DNA of 64,000 nucleotides, taken from assembly GCA_044375895.1 (NCBI GenBank), contig JBILLV010000004.1, positions 26,901-90,900 of the forward strand, read 5' to 3'. Below the pieces are notes generated by a model. That model was not told where the DNA came from, made no database searches, and worked only from the letters and a program-made list of their open reading frames with translations. Made by a program: the position numbers and the translations under genes. Of the stretch, positions 27,468 through 36,877 are shown one piece after another (within the stretch, counting starts at the first letter, position 1; the number at the start of each line of letters is the position of its first letter). The DNA comes from Polyangiales bacterium. GTDB lineage: Bacteria; Myxococcota_A; Polyangia; Polyangiales; Ga0077539.

Positions 27468-28907
27468 TCACCGCCGCACGCCCAGCTTCTTCATCCGGCT
27501 CTGCAGCGTCGTCGGCTTCACCCCCAGCAGCCGCGCCGCCCCATCCGCCCCGTACACCCGCCCTTCCGTCGCCCGCAGCGCCCGCTCGATGTGCTCGCGC
27601 ATCGCGTCGTCGAGCGTCGCCACCTCACTCCCCGCACTTCGCGCCGTCACCCTCGCTGGCTCCATCCGCTCCACCCCGTAGCCCATCTCCGGAAACAGCG
27701 TCGCGCGCATCACCGCCTGCTCCAGCTCGCGCACGTTGCCCGGCCACGCCCACCCGCGCAGCGCCGCCACCTCCGCGTCGGTGAACCTCCGCGGCGCCAC
27801 CCCGTGCTCGCGCCCCACGCGCTCGGTGAAATGCACCGCCAGCGGGAGCACGTCATCGGGCCGCTCCCGCAGCGGCGGCACCACCAGCTCGACCGCCCGC
27901 AGCCGGTGGTACAGGTCGAAGCGAAACGTCCCCGCCTCCACCATCGCGGCGAGGTCGCGGTGCGTGACGGCCACCACCCGAACGTCCGCCCGCAGCGTCG
28001 CCGCGCCGCCCACCCGCTCGAACTCTCCGCTCTGCAGCACGCGCAGGAGCCTCGCCTGCGCGGTCGGTGACAGCTCGCCCACCTCGTCGAGCTGGAGCGT
28101 CCCGCCGTGGGCCCGTTCGAAGTACCCCAGGTGGCGCTCGACGGCCCCCGTGAAGGCCCCGCGCTCGTGGCCGAACAGCACGCTCTCGACGAGGTTCTCC
28201 GGGAGGGCCGCGCAGTTGACGGCGAGCAGCGGGCGCGACGCGCGCGGCGACAGCGCGTGGATGCGCCGCGTCACGACGTCCTTGCCGACGCCCGACTCGC
28301 CTCGCACCAGCACCGTCACCGCGTAGCGCGCCACCGCCGGGACGGTCTCCTCCATGAGCCGCCGCATCGCCGCGCTCGGCAGCGACGGCCCGTCTCCCCC
28401 CACCCGCCGCACCAGCTCGTCGCGGAGCGCCCGACGATCGTGGTGGGCCTTGCGCGACACATCCGCCACCCGCGTGAGCACCGCGACGTGTTCGAAGCCC
28501 ACCGCCATCACCCGCGCCACCGCACCCAGCGCCACATCGTCCACCCACGCGCGCGCATCACCGACCGCCGCCACCGCCCACCGCCCCTCCGCCAGCGGCA
28601 GCACCCACAGCGCCGTCGCGCCGAGCGTCCGTGCCTCGACGCACTCCACCGCCTCCCCGTCGCACCCGCGCGCCGCCGCCGTCCTCACCCCCGCCACGAC
28701 GCTCGCACGACGCTCGCGCCGCCGCCGCGCGCCGTCGGGATGCCGCAGCACCGTGAGCGCGTCTCCATCGACCGCGACCCACTCCAGCGAGCGGAGCGCG
28801 ACGTGTCGACCGAGCGCCGCGGCCATCGCGTCGACGAGAGTCACCTCGGTGTGGGCGAGCGTCGCCGCCTCGCTGAGCTCGACCAGCAGCCGGGGGAGCG
28901 CGTCCAT
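27468..28907 (-). CDS. Sigma-54-dependent enhancer-binding regulator (FhlA-like) with N-terminal sensor region
   Basis: GESGVGKD, NCAALP..ESVLFGHERGAFTGA, LDEVGE, WPGNVRELE, HTH GAARLLGVKPTTLQSRMKKLG. Confidence 0.93.
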   Translation of the reverse strand: MDALPRLLVELSEAATLAHTEVTLVDAMAAALGRHVALRSLEWVAVDGDALTVLRHPDGARRRRERRASVVAGVRTAAARGCDGEAVECVEARTLGATALWVLPLAEGRWAVAAVGDARAWVDDVALGAVARVMAVGFEHVAVLTRVADVSRKAHHDRRALRDELVRRVGGDGPSLPSAAMRRLMEETVPAVARYAVTVLVRGESGVGKDVVTRRIHALSPRASRPLLAVNCAALPENLVESVLFGHERGAFTGAVERHLGYFERAHGGTLQLDEVGELSPTAQARLLRVLQSGEFERVGGAATLRADVRVVAVTHRDLAAMVEAGTFRFDLYHRLRAVELVVPPLRERPDDVLPLAVHFTERVGREHGVAPRRFTDAEVAALRGWAWPGNVRELEQAVMRATLFPEMGYGVERMEPARVTARSAGSEVATLDDAMREHIERALRATEGRVYGADGAARLLGVKPTTLQSRMKKLGVRR

Positions 28908-29023
28908 CGCGCGCGGAGTGTCGAGACAACGGCCCGTCGGTGGCAACGACATTTCGGTGCGTCGCCCACGACGGGCCGGTGCCCACCGCATCCATCCCCC
29001 CACGTTTCCGTCCCTCGCGACGT

Positions 29024-29038
29024 TGGAACGCCCCGTGC
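29024..29038 (+). promoter_or_regulatory. Putative sigma-54 promoter of the ferredoxin gene
   Basis: TGGAACGCCCCGTGC (GG-N10-GC) about 36 nt before ATG 29075, next to a divergent sigma-54 activator. Confidence 0.55.
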
Positions 29039-29074
29039 GCCACGGCTCCCCTCGAAAGGGACGAGTGACCCACG

Positions 29075-29371
29075 ATGACCTATGTGATCACAGACCAGTG
29101 CGACCTGCAGTGCCGGGGGGAGTGCCTCGACGTGTGCCCGGTGGACGTCATCCACGGCCCCATTCGATTCGAGACCATCGGCGTGGTGCCGCTGGCGGAG
29201 CGCCCCACGCGCTTCCCGGAGGTTCGGATGTACATCGACCCGGAGGGCTGCATCCACTGCGGGGCCTGCGAGGAGGCGTGCCCTTCGAAGGCGATCTTCG
29301 ACGAAGACGACCTGCCCGCTGGTGCCGAACACGAGCGGTCGCGCAACGCGGCCTTCTTCGCCGCCCGCTGA
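29075..29371 (+). CDS. Dicluster (4Fe-4S/7Fe-type) ferredoxin
   Basis: MTYVITDQC..CLDVCPVD and MYIDPEGCIHCGACEEACPSKAIF. Confidence 0.9.
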   Translation: MTYVITDQCDLQCRGECLDVCPVDVIHGPIRFETIGVVPLAERPTRFPEVRMYIDPEGCIHCGACEEACPSKAIFDEDDLPAGAEHERSRNAAFFAAR

Positions 29372-29376
29372 CGTCG

Positions 29377-29832
29377 CTACCGCAGCATCAGCCGCAGGGC
29401 GACGCGCTGGCACCCGTTGGGGTCGACCGCCACGCGGGCGAGGTACGTCCCCGGCACGGGCGGCGCAAACTGCTGCTCCCGCGGGTCCCAATTGGGCGAG
29501 CGCGCGAACACCGGCAGCGTCATGCGACCGAGCTCCGTCCCCGTCGGCGCAACGAACGCGAGCGCCACCGTCGCGCCGAGCGCGTTCTCCAGCGCCTGGC
29601 CGTAGACGGTCATCGTGAGCACGCGCGTCTCGGGCAGCGTGAGCGCGTACCACGCCACCTGACCGCACCCGAGCTGCCCGTTCACCTCCAGCCCCACCGG
29701 CAGGGGAATGGCCGTCTGCGGCGTGCTGTTGGGCAGCGGCGGCTCGGCCTCCACCGCGTACGTGGTGACCGTGCCCGTGGTGGCGCACGACGAGAGGGCG
29801 ACGAGGCTCAGGGCGACGAGGGAGCGCTTCAC
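29377..29832 (-). CDS. Lipoprotein with PPC-like beta-sandwich
   Basis: VKRSLVALSLVALSSC lipobox; EAEP..NSTPQTA, VAWYALTL, PGTYLARV. Confidence 0.65.
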   Translation of the reverse strand: MKRSLVALSLVALSSCATTGTVTTYAVEAEPPLPNSTPQTAIPLPVGLEVNGQLGCGQVAWYALTLPETRVLTMTVYGQALENALGATVALAFVAPTGTELGRMTLPVFARSPNWDPREQQFAPPVPGTYLARVAVDPNGCQRVALRLMLR

Positions 29833-29873
29833 GGGCGCTGTTGTGCCACCGATCGCCACCCGATGAGAAGCCT

Positions 29874-31154
29874 TCAGAACGTGTACCCCACGTCGATCGC
29901 CGCCAGCGGGTTGACGGTGCTCGCCGTCGGGGCGCGTTGGTACACCGCGCACACGTCCCCATCGCTCGTGCCCCCCACGCAGCTCGGACGCGCGGCGACG
30001 TCGTCCATCGCGCGCAGGTCGGAGGCGTTGGTGAGCACCCGCGCGCCCACCAGCGCCCGCACGGTGAAGCGGCTCCCGAGGCGGAGCTCCGCGCTCAAGC
30101 CCGCCGACACCGTGAGGGCGAAGGCGCTCGCCTCGCGCGACGAGACCGCGGGGCACAGGTTGTTCATCGCATCGGGCGCGGAGCACGTGGTGGTGGTGGT
30201 GACGAGGCCCGCGCCGACGCCCGTGAAGGCCCCGATGGCGAAGCGCTCGCCGGGGTAGCGAAGGTGCGCGAGGGCCGCCCCCGAAGGCCCGTACGCGCCC
30301 AGCGCGCCGCCCAGCAGCTCGACGCCAAACCACGGCTGCGGGAAGTACCGCACGCTCACCGCCAGCGTCCCCGCGGGCGCGCCGAACCCGAGCTGCAACC
30401 CCACCGTGAACGGCCGCTGCCGCCACAGGGAGACGGGGGCGGCGGTGGCGCGGGCGGCCCAGTCGATCCAGCGTCCGTCGGGGCCCGGGCGCGTGATCTG
30501 CCGACCGAAGGCGCGGGTGCGGGGCTGCCAGTCGGCCGCGGTCTGCTGCGACGGGGGCGTGCGCGACAGCTCGATGGTGACCGGGATGGAGTCCCCTTCG
30601 AGGAAGCCGCCGCTGCGTCGCTGACGATCGCCCGCGGCCCCCACCACCTCGACGAAGTGCTCCCCCGGATCGACGGGGATGTCGACGCCGAGGAGGGCGG
30701 TGTTCATCGGGCGGCCGTCGAGCGCGAACGAGCGCACCTCGTCGCCGGTCACCTCGACGTGGAGGCGCGCCACGCGGCGGGCGAGGGCGTCGATCTCGCG
30801 GGCGGCAGCGGCGACGCGGGCCGGGTCCTCGTCGCGGGGCGTGTCGCGGAGAAACTCGCGGTAGAGCGAGATGGCCTCCACGAGGGCGCCGTCGTTCTGG
30901 CACGCGACGGCGAGGTTGAAGCGGAGGATGGGCGCCGGGCGGAGCGCGAGCGTGCGGGTGAAGCGGTCGCGCGCCTCGTGCCACCGGCCCGACTGAGCGG
31001 CCACCACGCCCTCACGAAACAGCCGCCGCGCGGTCTCGATGGCCTCCGGCGTGAGCGTCTCGGACGGCGGCGCCGTCTGCGCGAGGGCCGTCGCGGGGAC
31101 CGTCGCAAGAGACGCGGCGAGGAGGAGGGCGCGGGCGCGCGTCACGACAAGCAC
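29874..31154 (-). CDS. Exported TPR + PEGA-like protein with C-terminal beta-barrel-like region
   Basis: Signal peptide; ARRLFREGV..FNLAVAC TPR; VDPGEHFVEV; alternating beta strands ending in VGYTF. Start uncertain. Confidence 0.7.
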   Translation of the reverse strand: MLVVTRARALLLAASLATVPATALAQTAPPSETLTPEAIETARRLFREGVVAAQSGRWHEARDRFTRTLALRPAPILRFNLAVACQNDGALVEAISLYREFLRDTPRDEDPARVAAAAREIDALARRVARLHVEVTGDEVRSFALDGRPMNTALLGVDIPVDPGEHFVEVVGAAGDRQRRSGGFLEGDSIPVTIELSRTPPSQQTAADWQPRTRAFGRQITRPGPDGRWIDWAARATAAPVSLWRQRPFTVGLQLGFGAPAGTLAVSVRYFPQPWFGVELLGGALGAYGPSGAALAHLRYPGERFAIGAFTGVGAGLVTTTTTCSAPDAMNNLCPAVSSREASAFALTVSAGLSAELRLGSRFTVRALVGARVLTNASDLRAMDDVAARPSCVGGTSDGDVCAVYQRAPTASTVNPLAAIDVGYTF

Positions 31155-33992
31155 TCAGCGGGCGGTGACGAAGCGGAGGTGACGCGTCGCCGCCGCCACG
31201 ACGGCGGCCTCGGCGCGGGGAACCTCATGGTACTGGTTTTGACGCCACAGCTCGGCGCCGTCGCGGAAGTGGGCGGAGCCCGTGTTGGCCGACTGCCCGC
31301 CCGGGATGGCGTTGAAGGCCCGCGGCCCCGTGGCGTCGAGCTCCACCACCAGACGCTGCGACGCGCCGCTGCCGAACGAGAAGTTGGGCGCCGTCAAACC
31401 CGGGAAGGACGCGTCCACCACGTCGATCCCGCCGTGCCGCGGAAAGCCCCGCGGAAACATCGTGTCGCCCTCGCGCGGGATCGACAGCGCCGCCCCCGGG
31501 CCCGGGATGATGCTGCTGAAGCGCACCGTGTGGAGCTGCCCCCAGCGCCACATCCCCATGTCCTGGGTGTTGTAGGCGTTCATCGCTTCGAGCGAGGCGA
31601 GGCCGCGGTCGAGCGAGCGGAGGATGATGAAGTCCCGCGTCTCGGTCACGTCGGTCGTCGCGAGGTCGTCCCAGAGCGTGCTCTGCCCCGTCGCCATGTC
31701 GCGCGTGCGGAGCGTGGCCACGTCCTCGAGGATGCGCAGCGTGAAGCGGGTGCGGTCGACCCCGACGCCCGAGGCCTGCCCCATGTTGAGCACCGCGAGC
31801 TCGTCGTTGATGAGCGCGTTGAAGAGCTGCCCCGCCCACGCGTGGAAGATCGTCGTCGCCACGGAGTCGTTGCGCTGCGCCTCGGTCGCGCTCGCCTCGA
31901 CGCCCGACTCGCCCTCCAGCGACCACGCCATCACGCGGCGGGCGGCCTCCCGGATGCGCTCCTGCCGCGGTCGCAGCGTCGTGGCCAGGGCCGCGAGGTC
32001 GCGCTGCGAGTTGGGCGTCGTCCACTCCATCTCCATGCGGGCGAGGGCCTGCATGAGGAAGGGCCGGTAGCGCCCCGCGGCCGTCACGTGCGCGTCGGCC
32101 TGGATGGACTTCATGTCGTCGACGGTCGCCCGCGTCCCGAGGGCCCGCAGCCGCGTGGCGATGCGCTCCCCGCGCCACCCGCGGTCAAACCCGCACCCGA
32201 GGTACGCCGGCGCGTCGAAGGGGTTGCCGTCGAAGGTGACGCCGGCCTGGTCCTGGTTGGCGGTCTCCAGCCACGGGAGCATCGGCCCCAGCGTCGCCTG
32301 CGGGATGCGCTCGGGCGGGAGGTTGCCCGTCCACTCGGCCTCGCCCGTCCCGGGGAGCACCGTGCAGGGGTTGGTGCCCATGGGCATCGTCGGCGACCAG
32401 GTGAGCGCCCCCGCCGCGCGGATCGGGATGTTGGCGTGGCTGGTGTACTCGACGTTGCCCTCGATGTCGGCGATCACCCAGTTCTGCGCGCCGACCCCGA
32501 AGGCGCGGACGGCCGTCTTGGCCTCGGCGGCGTTGCGCGCGTAGGCCACGTTGAGGAAGGCGTCGATCTCCGTCGTGGGCTGGTGGCCCGTCCACTTGAT
32601 CGTGAGGGCGCGGTTGCCCGTGCGCGGCACGATCATGTTGTTGCGAATCTCGGGGATGACCGGGCCGTGATGGGGCACGTACTCGTAGCGGGCCATGTAC
32701 ACGCCCGTCCCCGTCTGGACGGCCTCGGTGCGCACCTCGATGGGCACCTGGCGGCCGTTGAAGAGCACCGTGTCGGGCGCCCCCGCGGCCCCCGGGGTGA
32801 CGGTCTCGGCGTAGACGTCCGTCACGTCGTAGCCCGCCGTGGTGACGCCCCACGCGAGGCGCGGCGTAAACCCGATGATGACGCCGGGGATGCCGGGGAA
32901 GGTGGTGCCGGTGACGTCCAGCGCGTCGGGGCCGCGGGTGACGGTGATCTGCGAGCCCCACCAGATGGCCGGACCCGTGAGCGAGAGGTGCGGGTCGTTG
33001 GCGAGCAGCGCGCGCCCCGACATCGACGCCGAGGGGTGCACCACCCAGTTGTTGCTCCCGCGCGTCTCGTCGCCCCACACCTCCGCGAGGGCCTTGGCGT
33101 GGTGCATGAAAGTCTCCGCGCGGCGGTAGAGTCCGCCGACGGCGGGCCGGTCGACGTCCGGTCGGAAGGTGCTCATCATGCCCATCGGCCGCGGGAAGAA
33201 ATTGGGGACGACGGCCACCTGCGCGGGCGGCGCCCACCGCAGCACGTCGGCCAGCATCCCCTGGCGGGGGCTGCCCGCTCGCTCAAACTGCGCCGTCACG
33301 CGCTCGATGAGGGCCGAGAGGTTGATGTCGTCGTCGGCGTCATACGAGAGCGAGTACGACTGGTAGCGGCCGATGACGAGCGAGTCGACGGGGGTCCACT
33401 CGGGGGTGCTCTGGTCGATCACGAGCTCGGTGCCCGGCGGGAGCTCCGCGTCGCCGCGCGCGACATCGCGGAGGTACAGGTTGACGCCGCGGGAGAACGC
33501 TTCGAGCATCGTGCGCGAGCGCCCCGGGGCCGCCGCCGCCCACATCGCCTCGGCCGCGCGGCGCAGCCCCAGCACGCGGGCCGTGAGGTCTTGCCCCACG
33601 AGCGCGGGGGACAGCACGCCGAAGCGCTCGGCCAGGGTGCCCGAGGCCACGCGGCGCAGCATCTCCATCTGCGGCATGCGGTCGCGCGCCATGATGTAGC
33701 CCTGCACCGTGGAGGCGTCGCGGAGGCTCGACGCGTAGATGTGCGGCCAGCCCATGCGGTCGTACACGACGTCCACCGGGCCATCGAGGCCCATCAGCCC
33801 GGCCGCGGGCGACGACACCGGGTGCGCGGCGATCGCCGGGGGAATGCCATCCGGCGGCTGCGTCGCGCCGTCGACCCGGTCGCCCGCGGCGTCGGTGGCG
33901 TCGGCGGCAGCGGCGTCGGTGGGGGCGGGCTGCGGGTCGGTGCAGCCGAGGGCGGCGAGCGTGAACAGGCACGGGAGAACGGGGCGGCGCAT
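31155..33992 (-). CDS. Penicillin acylase-family Ntn-hydrolase (lipoprotein)
   Basis: YDRMGWPHIYA, QGYIMARDR, GSNNWVV (nucleophile Ser), LLANDPHL, WGVTT, QNWVIAD, WRWGQLH, PGGQS. Confidence 0.93.
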   Translation of the reverse strand: MRRPVLPCLFTLAALGCTDPQPAPTDAAAADATDAAGDRVDGATQPPDGIPPAIAAHPVSSPAAGLMGLDGPVDVVYDRMGWPHIYASSLRDASTVQGYIMARDRMPQMEMLRRVASGTLAERFGVLSPALVGQDLTARVLGLRRAAEAMWAAAAPGRSRTMLEAFSRGVNLYLRDVARGDAELPPGTELVIDQSTPEWTPVDSLVIGRYQSYSLSYDADDDINLSALIERVTAQFERAGSPRQGMLADVLRWAPPAQVAVVPNFFPRPMGMMSTFRPDVDRPAVGGLYRRAETFMHHAKALAEVWGDETRGSNNWVVHPSASMSGRALLANDPHLSLTGPAIWWGSQITVTRGPDALDVTGTTFPGIPGVIIGFTPRLAWGVTTAGYDVTDVYAETVTPGAAGAPDTVLFNGRQVPIEVRTEAVQTGTGVYMARYEYVPHHGPVIPEIRNNMIVPRTGNRALTIKWTGHQPTTEIDAFLNVAYARNAAEAKTAVRAFGVGAQNWVIADIEGNVEYTSHANIPIRAAGALTWSPTMPMGTNPCTVLPGTGEAEWTGNLPPERIPQATLGPMLPWLETANQDQAGVTFDGNPFDAPAYLGCGFDRGWRGERIATRLRALGTRATVDDMKSIQADAHVTAAGRYRPFLMQALARMEMEWTTPNSQRDLAALATTLRPRQERIREAARRVMAWSLEGESGVEASATEAQRNDSVATTIFHAWAGQLFNALINDELAVLNMGQASGVGVDRTRFTLRILEDVATLRTRDMATGQSTLWDDLATTDVTETRDFIILRSLDRGLASLEAMNAYNTQDMGMWRWGQLHTVRFSSIIPGPGAALSIPREGDTMFPRGFPRHGGIDVVDASFPGLTAPNFSFGSGASQRLVVELDATGPRAFNAIPGGQSANTGSAHFRDGAELWRQNQYHEVPRAEAAVVAAATRHLRFVTAR

Positions 33993-34038
33993 GGCGGCGG
34001 ATTGAAACGCAACCGGCGCCCCGCTACAAGCGCCGTCG

Positions 34039-34530
34039 ATGAACGATCCCACCGAAGCGCTCCGCTCCCTCGTCACCCGGGCGCACGTGCTGAGCCTCGC
34101 CACGATGGACGGCGGCGCCCCGGCCCTGTCGCTCGTCCCCTACGCCGTCGCCTTCGGGCCCGCGCGCCTCTACGTGCTCCTGAGCGAGCTCGCCGCGCAC
34201 ACCGCCGCGCTCCGCGCTGACGCGCGCTGCGGATGGATGATCCACGAGCCGGTCCGCGGCGACGACCCGCGCGGCGGCCACGGCCTCGCGCGCGTGACGG
34301 CCCGGGCGACGGCGCGGTTCCTCTCCCGCGACGAGGCGCGCGAGGCCGGCGCCGAAGGCCTCTACCGCGGGCGCTTCGCGGTGGCCGACACGCTCCTCGG
34401 GCTGCGCGACTTCCACTTCTGCGAGCTCGCCCCCACGGCCGGCACCGTCGCCTTCGTGCAGGGCTTCGGGCGCGCGTACCGGGTCACCGGCGACGACTTC
34501 GAAGGGGTCGAGCACGTCACCGGGCGCTAA
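34039..34530 (+). CDS. Pyridoxamine 5'-phosphate oxidase/HugZ-like protein
   Basis: LSLAT..SLVPY, LSELAAHTAAL, DFHF, FVQGFGRAY. Confidence 0.82.
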   Translation: MNDPTEALRSLVTRAHVLSLATMDGGAPALSLVPYAVAFGPARLYVLLSELAAHTAALRADARCGWMIHEPVRGDDPRGGHGLARVTARATARFLSRDEAREAGAEGLYRGRFAVADTLLGLRDFHFCELAPTAGTVAFVQGFGRAYRVTGDDFEGVEHVTGR

Positions 34531-34600
34531 GGGCGGGCGTCGCGGCGCGCAGAAGACGAGACAGGCGCCGCGGCCCGGTGCTAGAGTCGCGACGTCCTCC

Positions 34601-34792
34601 ATGGCCGACGACGAGCTCACCTGTCACGCCTGCAACGCGCCCATCGAAGGCGAACCCGCAGGGCATGGGCTGCTCTTGTTCGTCCGGGGCGACGAGGTGC
34701 TCCGGGAGGAGCCCCCGCTCTGCGAGCGCTGCGCGCTGGCCGTGAGCATGACGGCCCTCTACCGCTGGGAGATCGAGGAGGAGGAGGGCTGA
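34601..34792 (+). CDS. Small CxxC..CxxC hypothetical protein
   Basis: CHAC..CERC with acidic tail; fills the gap between neighbours. Confidence 0.6.
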   Translation: MADDELTCHACNAPIEGEPAGHGLLLFVRGDEVLREEPPLCERCALAVSMTALYRWEIEEEEG

Positions 34793-34817
34793 TCTTCAGC
34801 CCGCTCCGCTGCTCCCC

Positions 34818-35402
34818 ATGTGGCCCGCCCGCTCCGCCATCCGACCCGTGCCCGCCCACGCCGTGGTCCCGAGGGACGCCATCGACGCCGTCGAGGCCGA
34901 GCTCGACGAGGCCGACGACCTCGACGGGCGCATCCACCTCGCGCTCCGCGAGCTCGACCTCGCCCAGCCCACCCTCGCCGCCTGGCTGCGCGGCGAGCTC
35001 GACGGCGTCGCCGACGACACCGCGGTGGCCCTCGGGCAGTTTCTCGGCGTCGCCGTGCACCGCGCCTTCCTCGAAGCCTTCGGGCAGCGGCAGCGGAAGG
35101 TGGACGAGAGCGGCCTCGCGACGACGCGCGCCACCTTCGACTACGACGAAGAGCTCCGGCGCGGCGCCGTCGACGAGCTGCTGGAGAGCGACGACCTCGT
35201 CGCCATCGGACAGCCGCACCTCATGGCCTTCGTCCGCGAGCAGGTGGAGGTGTCGCTCGAACCCGATGAGGACGGCGACCCCCCCGACGTCGACCTCGAA
35301 GCCGTCGCGGTGATCTACAAGGTCGTCCTCATCGAGATCCTCGCGCTCGGTCAGGCGGTGGCGCCGCCGCGGGGCGTCCTCTCCACCGGCGTGCTGATGT
35401 AG
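34818..35402 (+). CDS. Hypothetical acidic helical protein
   Basis: Protein-like composition with QPTL/QPHL internal repeat; start may be GTG 34848. Confidence 0.65.
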   Translation: MWPARSAIRPVPAHAVVPRDAIDAVEAELDEADDLDGRIHLALRELDLAQPTLAAWLRGELDGVADDTAVALGQFLGVAVHRAFLEAFGQRQRKVDESGLATTRATFDYDEELRRGAVDELLESDDLVAIGQPHLMAFVREQVEVSLEPDEDGDPPDVDLEAVAVIYKVVLIEILALGQAVAPPRGVLSTGVLM

Positions 35403-35405
35403 CGG

Positions 35406-36299
35406 TCACACCTCGGGGAGCGAGCGGGCGTACTCCACCAGCGACTCCTTCACGCGGAGGGCCGCGGTCGTGCGGTGCAGGTCGCTCCGCCACGCGAGGT
35501 AGATGGTGTCGGGGATGTACGGCAGCTCGGCGTGGAGCCGACGCAGCCGACCGGGGTGGCCGTAGCCCGCCACGCGCCGCGGGATCACGCCGACGCCGAG
35601 GCCCGCGAGCGTGAGGCTCTTCACCAGCTCGAGGTCGCCGCAGGAGAGGAGCCGCGCGGTCGGCGTGTCGTCCGCGCTCAGGCGCTGGATGAGCTCCTGG
35701 CACTGCGGGACGCGGCCCGTGTAGATGAGCGGGCCCAGGCGAACGCGCTCGATCGCCGCGGCGAGGGACGTCGCTGGGGCCTCGTCGACGCAGACGAAGA
35801 GGTCCATCGCGTCGTGGAAGAGCTTCACCAGCACGAGGTCAGGGTGGGCGATGGGGTTCACCAGCAGCCCGTAGTGCACCTCGCGGGACAACACCGCGTC
35901 GCGCACGCCGGGGGAGGTGCCGTTCCAGAGCGTGAGCTCGATGCGGGGGTAGGCCGGGAGGAAGCCGCGCATGAAGCCCGGGAGAAAGTACGCCCCCAGG
36001 GACTCGTGGCACCCGAGCACCAGCCGACCCTGCGCGTCGCCCTCCAGCCCGCGGATGTCCTGCTCCATCCGCTCGACCGTCGCGAGGATCTCCCCCGCAT
36101 GCCGAACCAGCGCCTCGCCGGCGACCGTCAACTGCACGCCGTCGCGCCCCCGCAGCACGATCGTCGTGCGCAGCTCCTCCTCCAGGCTCTTGACCGCGCC
36201 GGTGAGCGTGGGCTGCGAAATGCCGAGCGCGCGGGCCGCCGCGGAGAGGCTCTTGTGCCGGGCGATCGCCTGCACATAACGGAGGTGCGTGAGGTGCAT
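35406..36299 (-). CDS. LysR-family transcriptional regulator
   Basis: MHLTHLRYVQAIA..SLSAAARALGISQPTLT..LEEEL..LTVAGE; substrate domain ..LAGLGVGVIP. Confidence 0.95.
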   Translation of the reverse strand: MHLTHLRYVQAIARHKSLSAAARALGISQPTLTGAVKSLEEELRTTIVLRGRDGVQLTVAGEALVRHAGEILATVERMEQDIRGLEGDAQGRLVLGCHESLGAYFLPGFMRGFLPAYPRIELTLWNGTSPGVRDAVLSREVHYGLLVNPIAHPDLVLVKLFHDAMDLFVCVDEAPATSLAAAIERVRLGPLIYTGRVPQCQELIQRLSADDTPTARLLSCGDLELVKSLTLAGLGVGVIPRRVAGYGHPGRLRRLHAELPYIPDTIYLAWRSDLHRTTAALRVKESLVEYARSLPEV

Positions 36300-36351
36300 C
36301 GAGTGTCGCGATCTGAAGCAATACTCGACCGCGCACGTCAAGCGTGTACGG

Positions 36352-36372
36352 TCTTCACAAGGTCGTTGAAGA
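36352..36372. promoter_or_regulatory. Inverted repeat TCTTCA-N9-TGAAGA, possible operator
   Basis: Palindrome in the AT-richer gap between lysR and the peptide gene. Confidence 0.35.
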
Positions 36373-36452
36373 AACTCCCCCGCGCGCCGTAACACGCTTG
36401 CGCGTGAGACCCGATGATGGTGTCCTCGGCGCACAGGAGGAGCGAACGTTCC

Positions 36453-36812
36453 ATGACCTCGAAGCAGGATCCGTCTCTCAAGAACCAGGGCACCCTCGAC
36501 GACAGCGACATCGAAGAGGTCGCGCAGCCGACCCGTCGCTCGGCCCTCGGCACCGTCGGGGCCGTTCTCGCGGGCGCCGTGTTCGGCGCCGCCGCGCTCA
36601 CCCCTGGTGAGGCCGAGGCGTGCAACCGCCGCACGGGCCGCACCGACAGCGATCCGGGCGACGGCGTCGGCCGCGGGCGCACCGGCCTCACGGACAGCGA
36701 CTCGGGCGACCAGGCCCAGTGCGGTCGCGGCCGCGGCGGTGGCCGTCGTCGCCGCACCTGCACCGATCAGGACAGCGGCAACGGCAGCGATCCCCCGAAC
36801 CACCCCTGCTAG
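36453..36812 (+). CDS. Small Tat-signal peptide with TDxDxG repeats (candidate RiPP precursor)
   Basis: RBS AGGAGG at 36435; 119 aa; PTRRSALG + hydrophobic stretch + AEA; repeats TDSDPGD, TDSDSGD, TDQDSGN; 4 Cys. Confidence 0.8.
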   Translation: MTSKQDPSLKNQGTLDDSDIEEVAQPTRRSALGTVGAVLAGAVFGAAALTPGEAEACNRRTGRTDSDPGDGVGRGRTGLTDSDSGDQAQCGRGRGGGRRRRTCTDQDSGNGSDPPNHPC

Positions 36813-36877
36813 TCGTCGCCTCGCGACACCCTCTCGCCCGCGTCGTCTCACCGCCTCGTAGCCCCCCTCAAGACATC

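Noticed and set aside
29841-34220. Very long alternative-frame ORFs (1459 aa here; also 41797-44952, 10123-12774 and the 5' parts of 2085-7280 and 23012-26440)
   Set aside because: Arg/Gly/Ala-rich shadow frames of real genes; stop codons are rare at this GC content.
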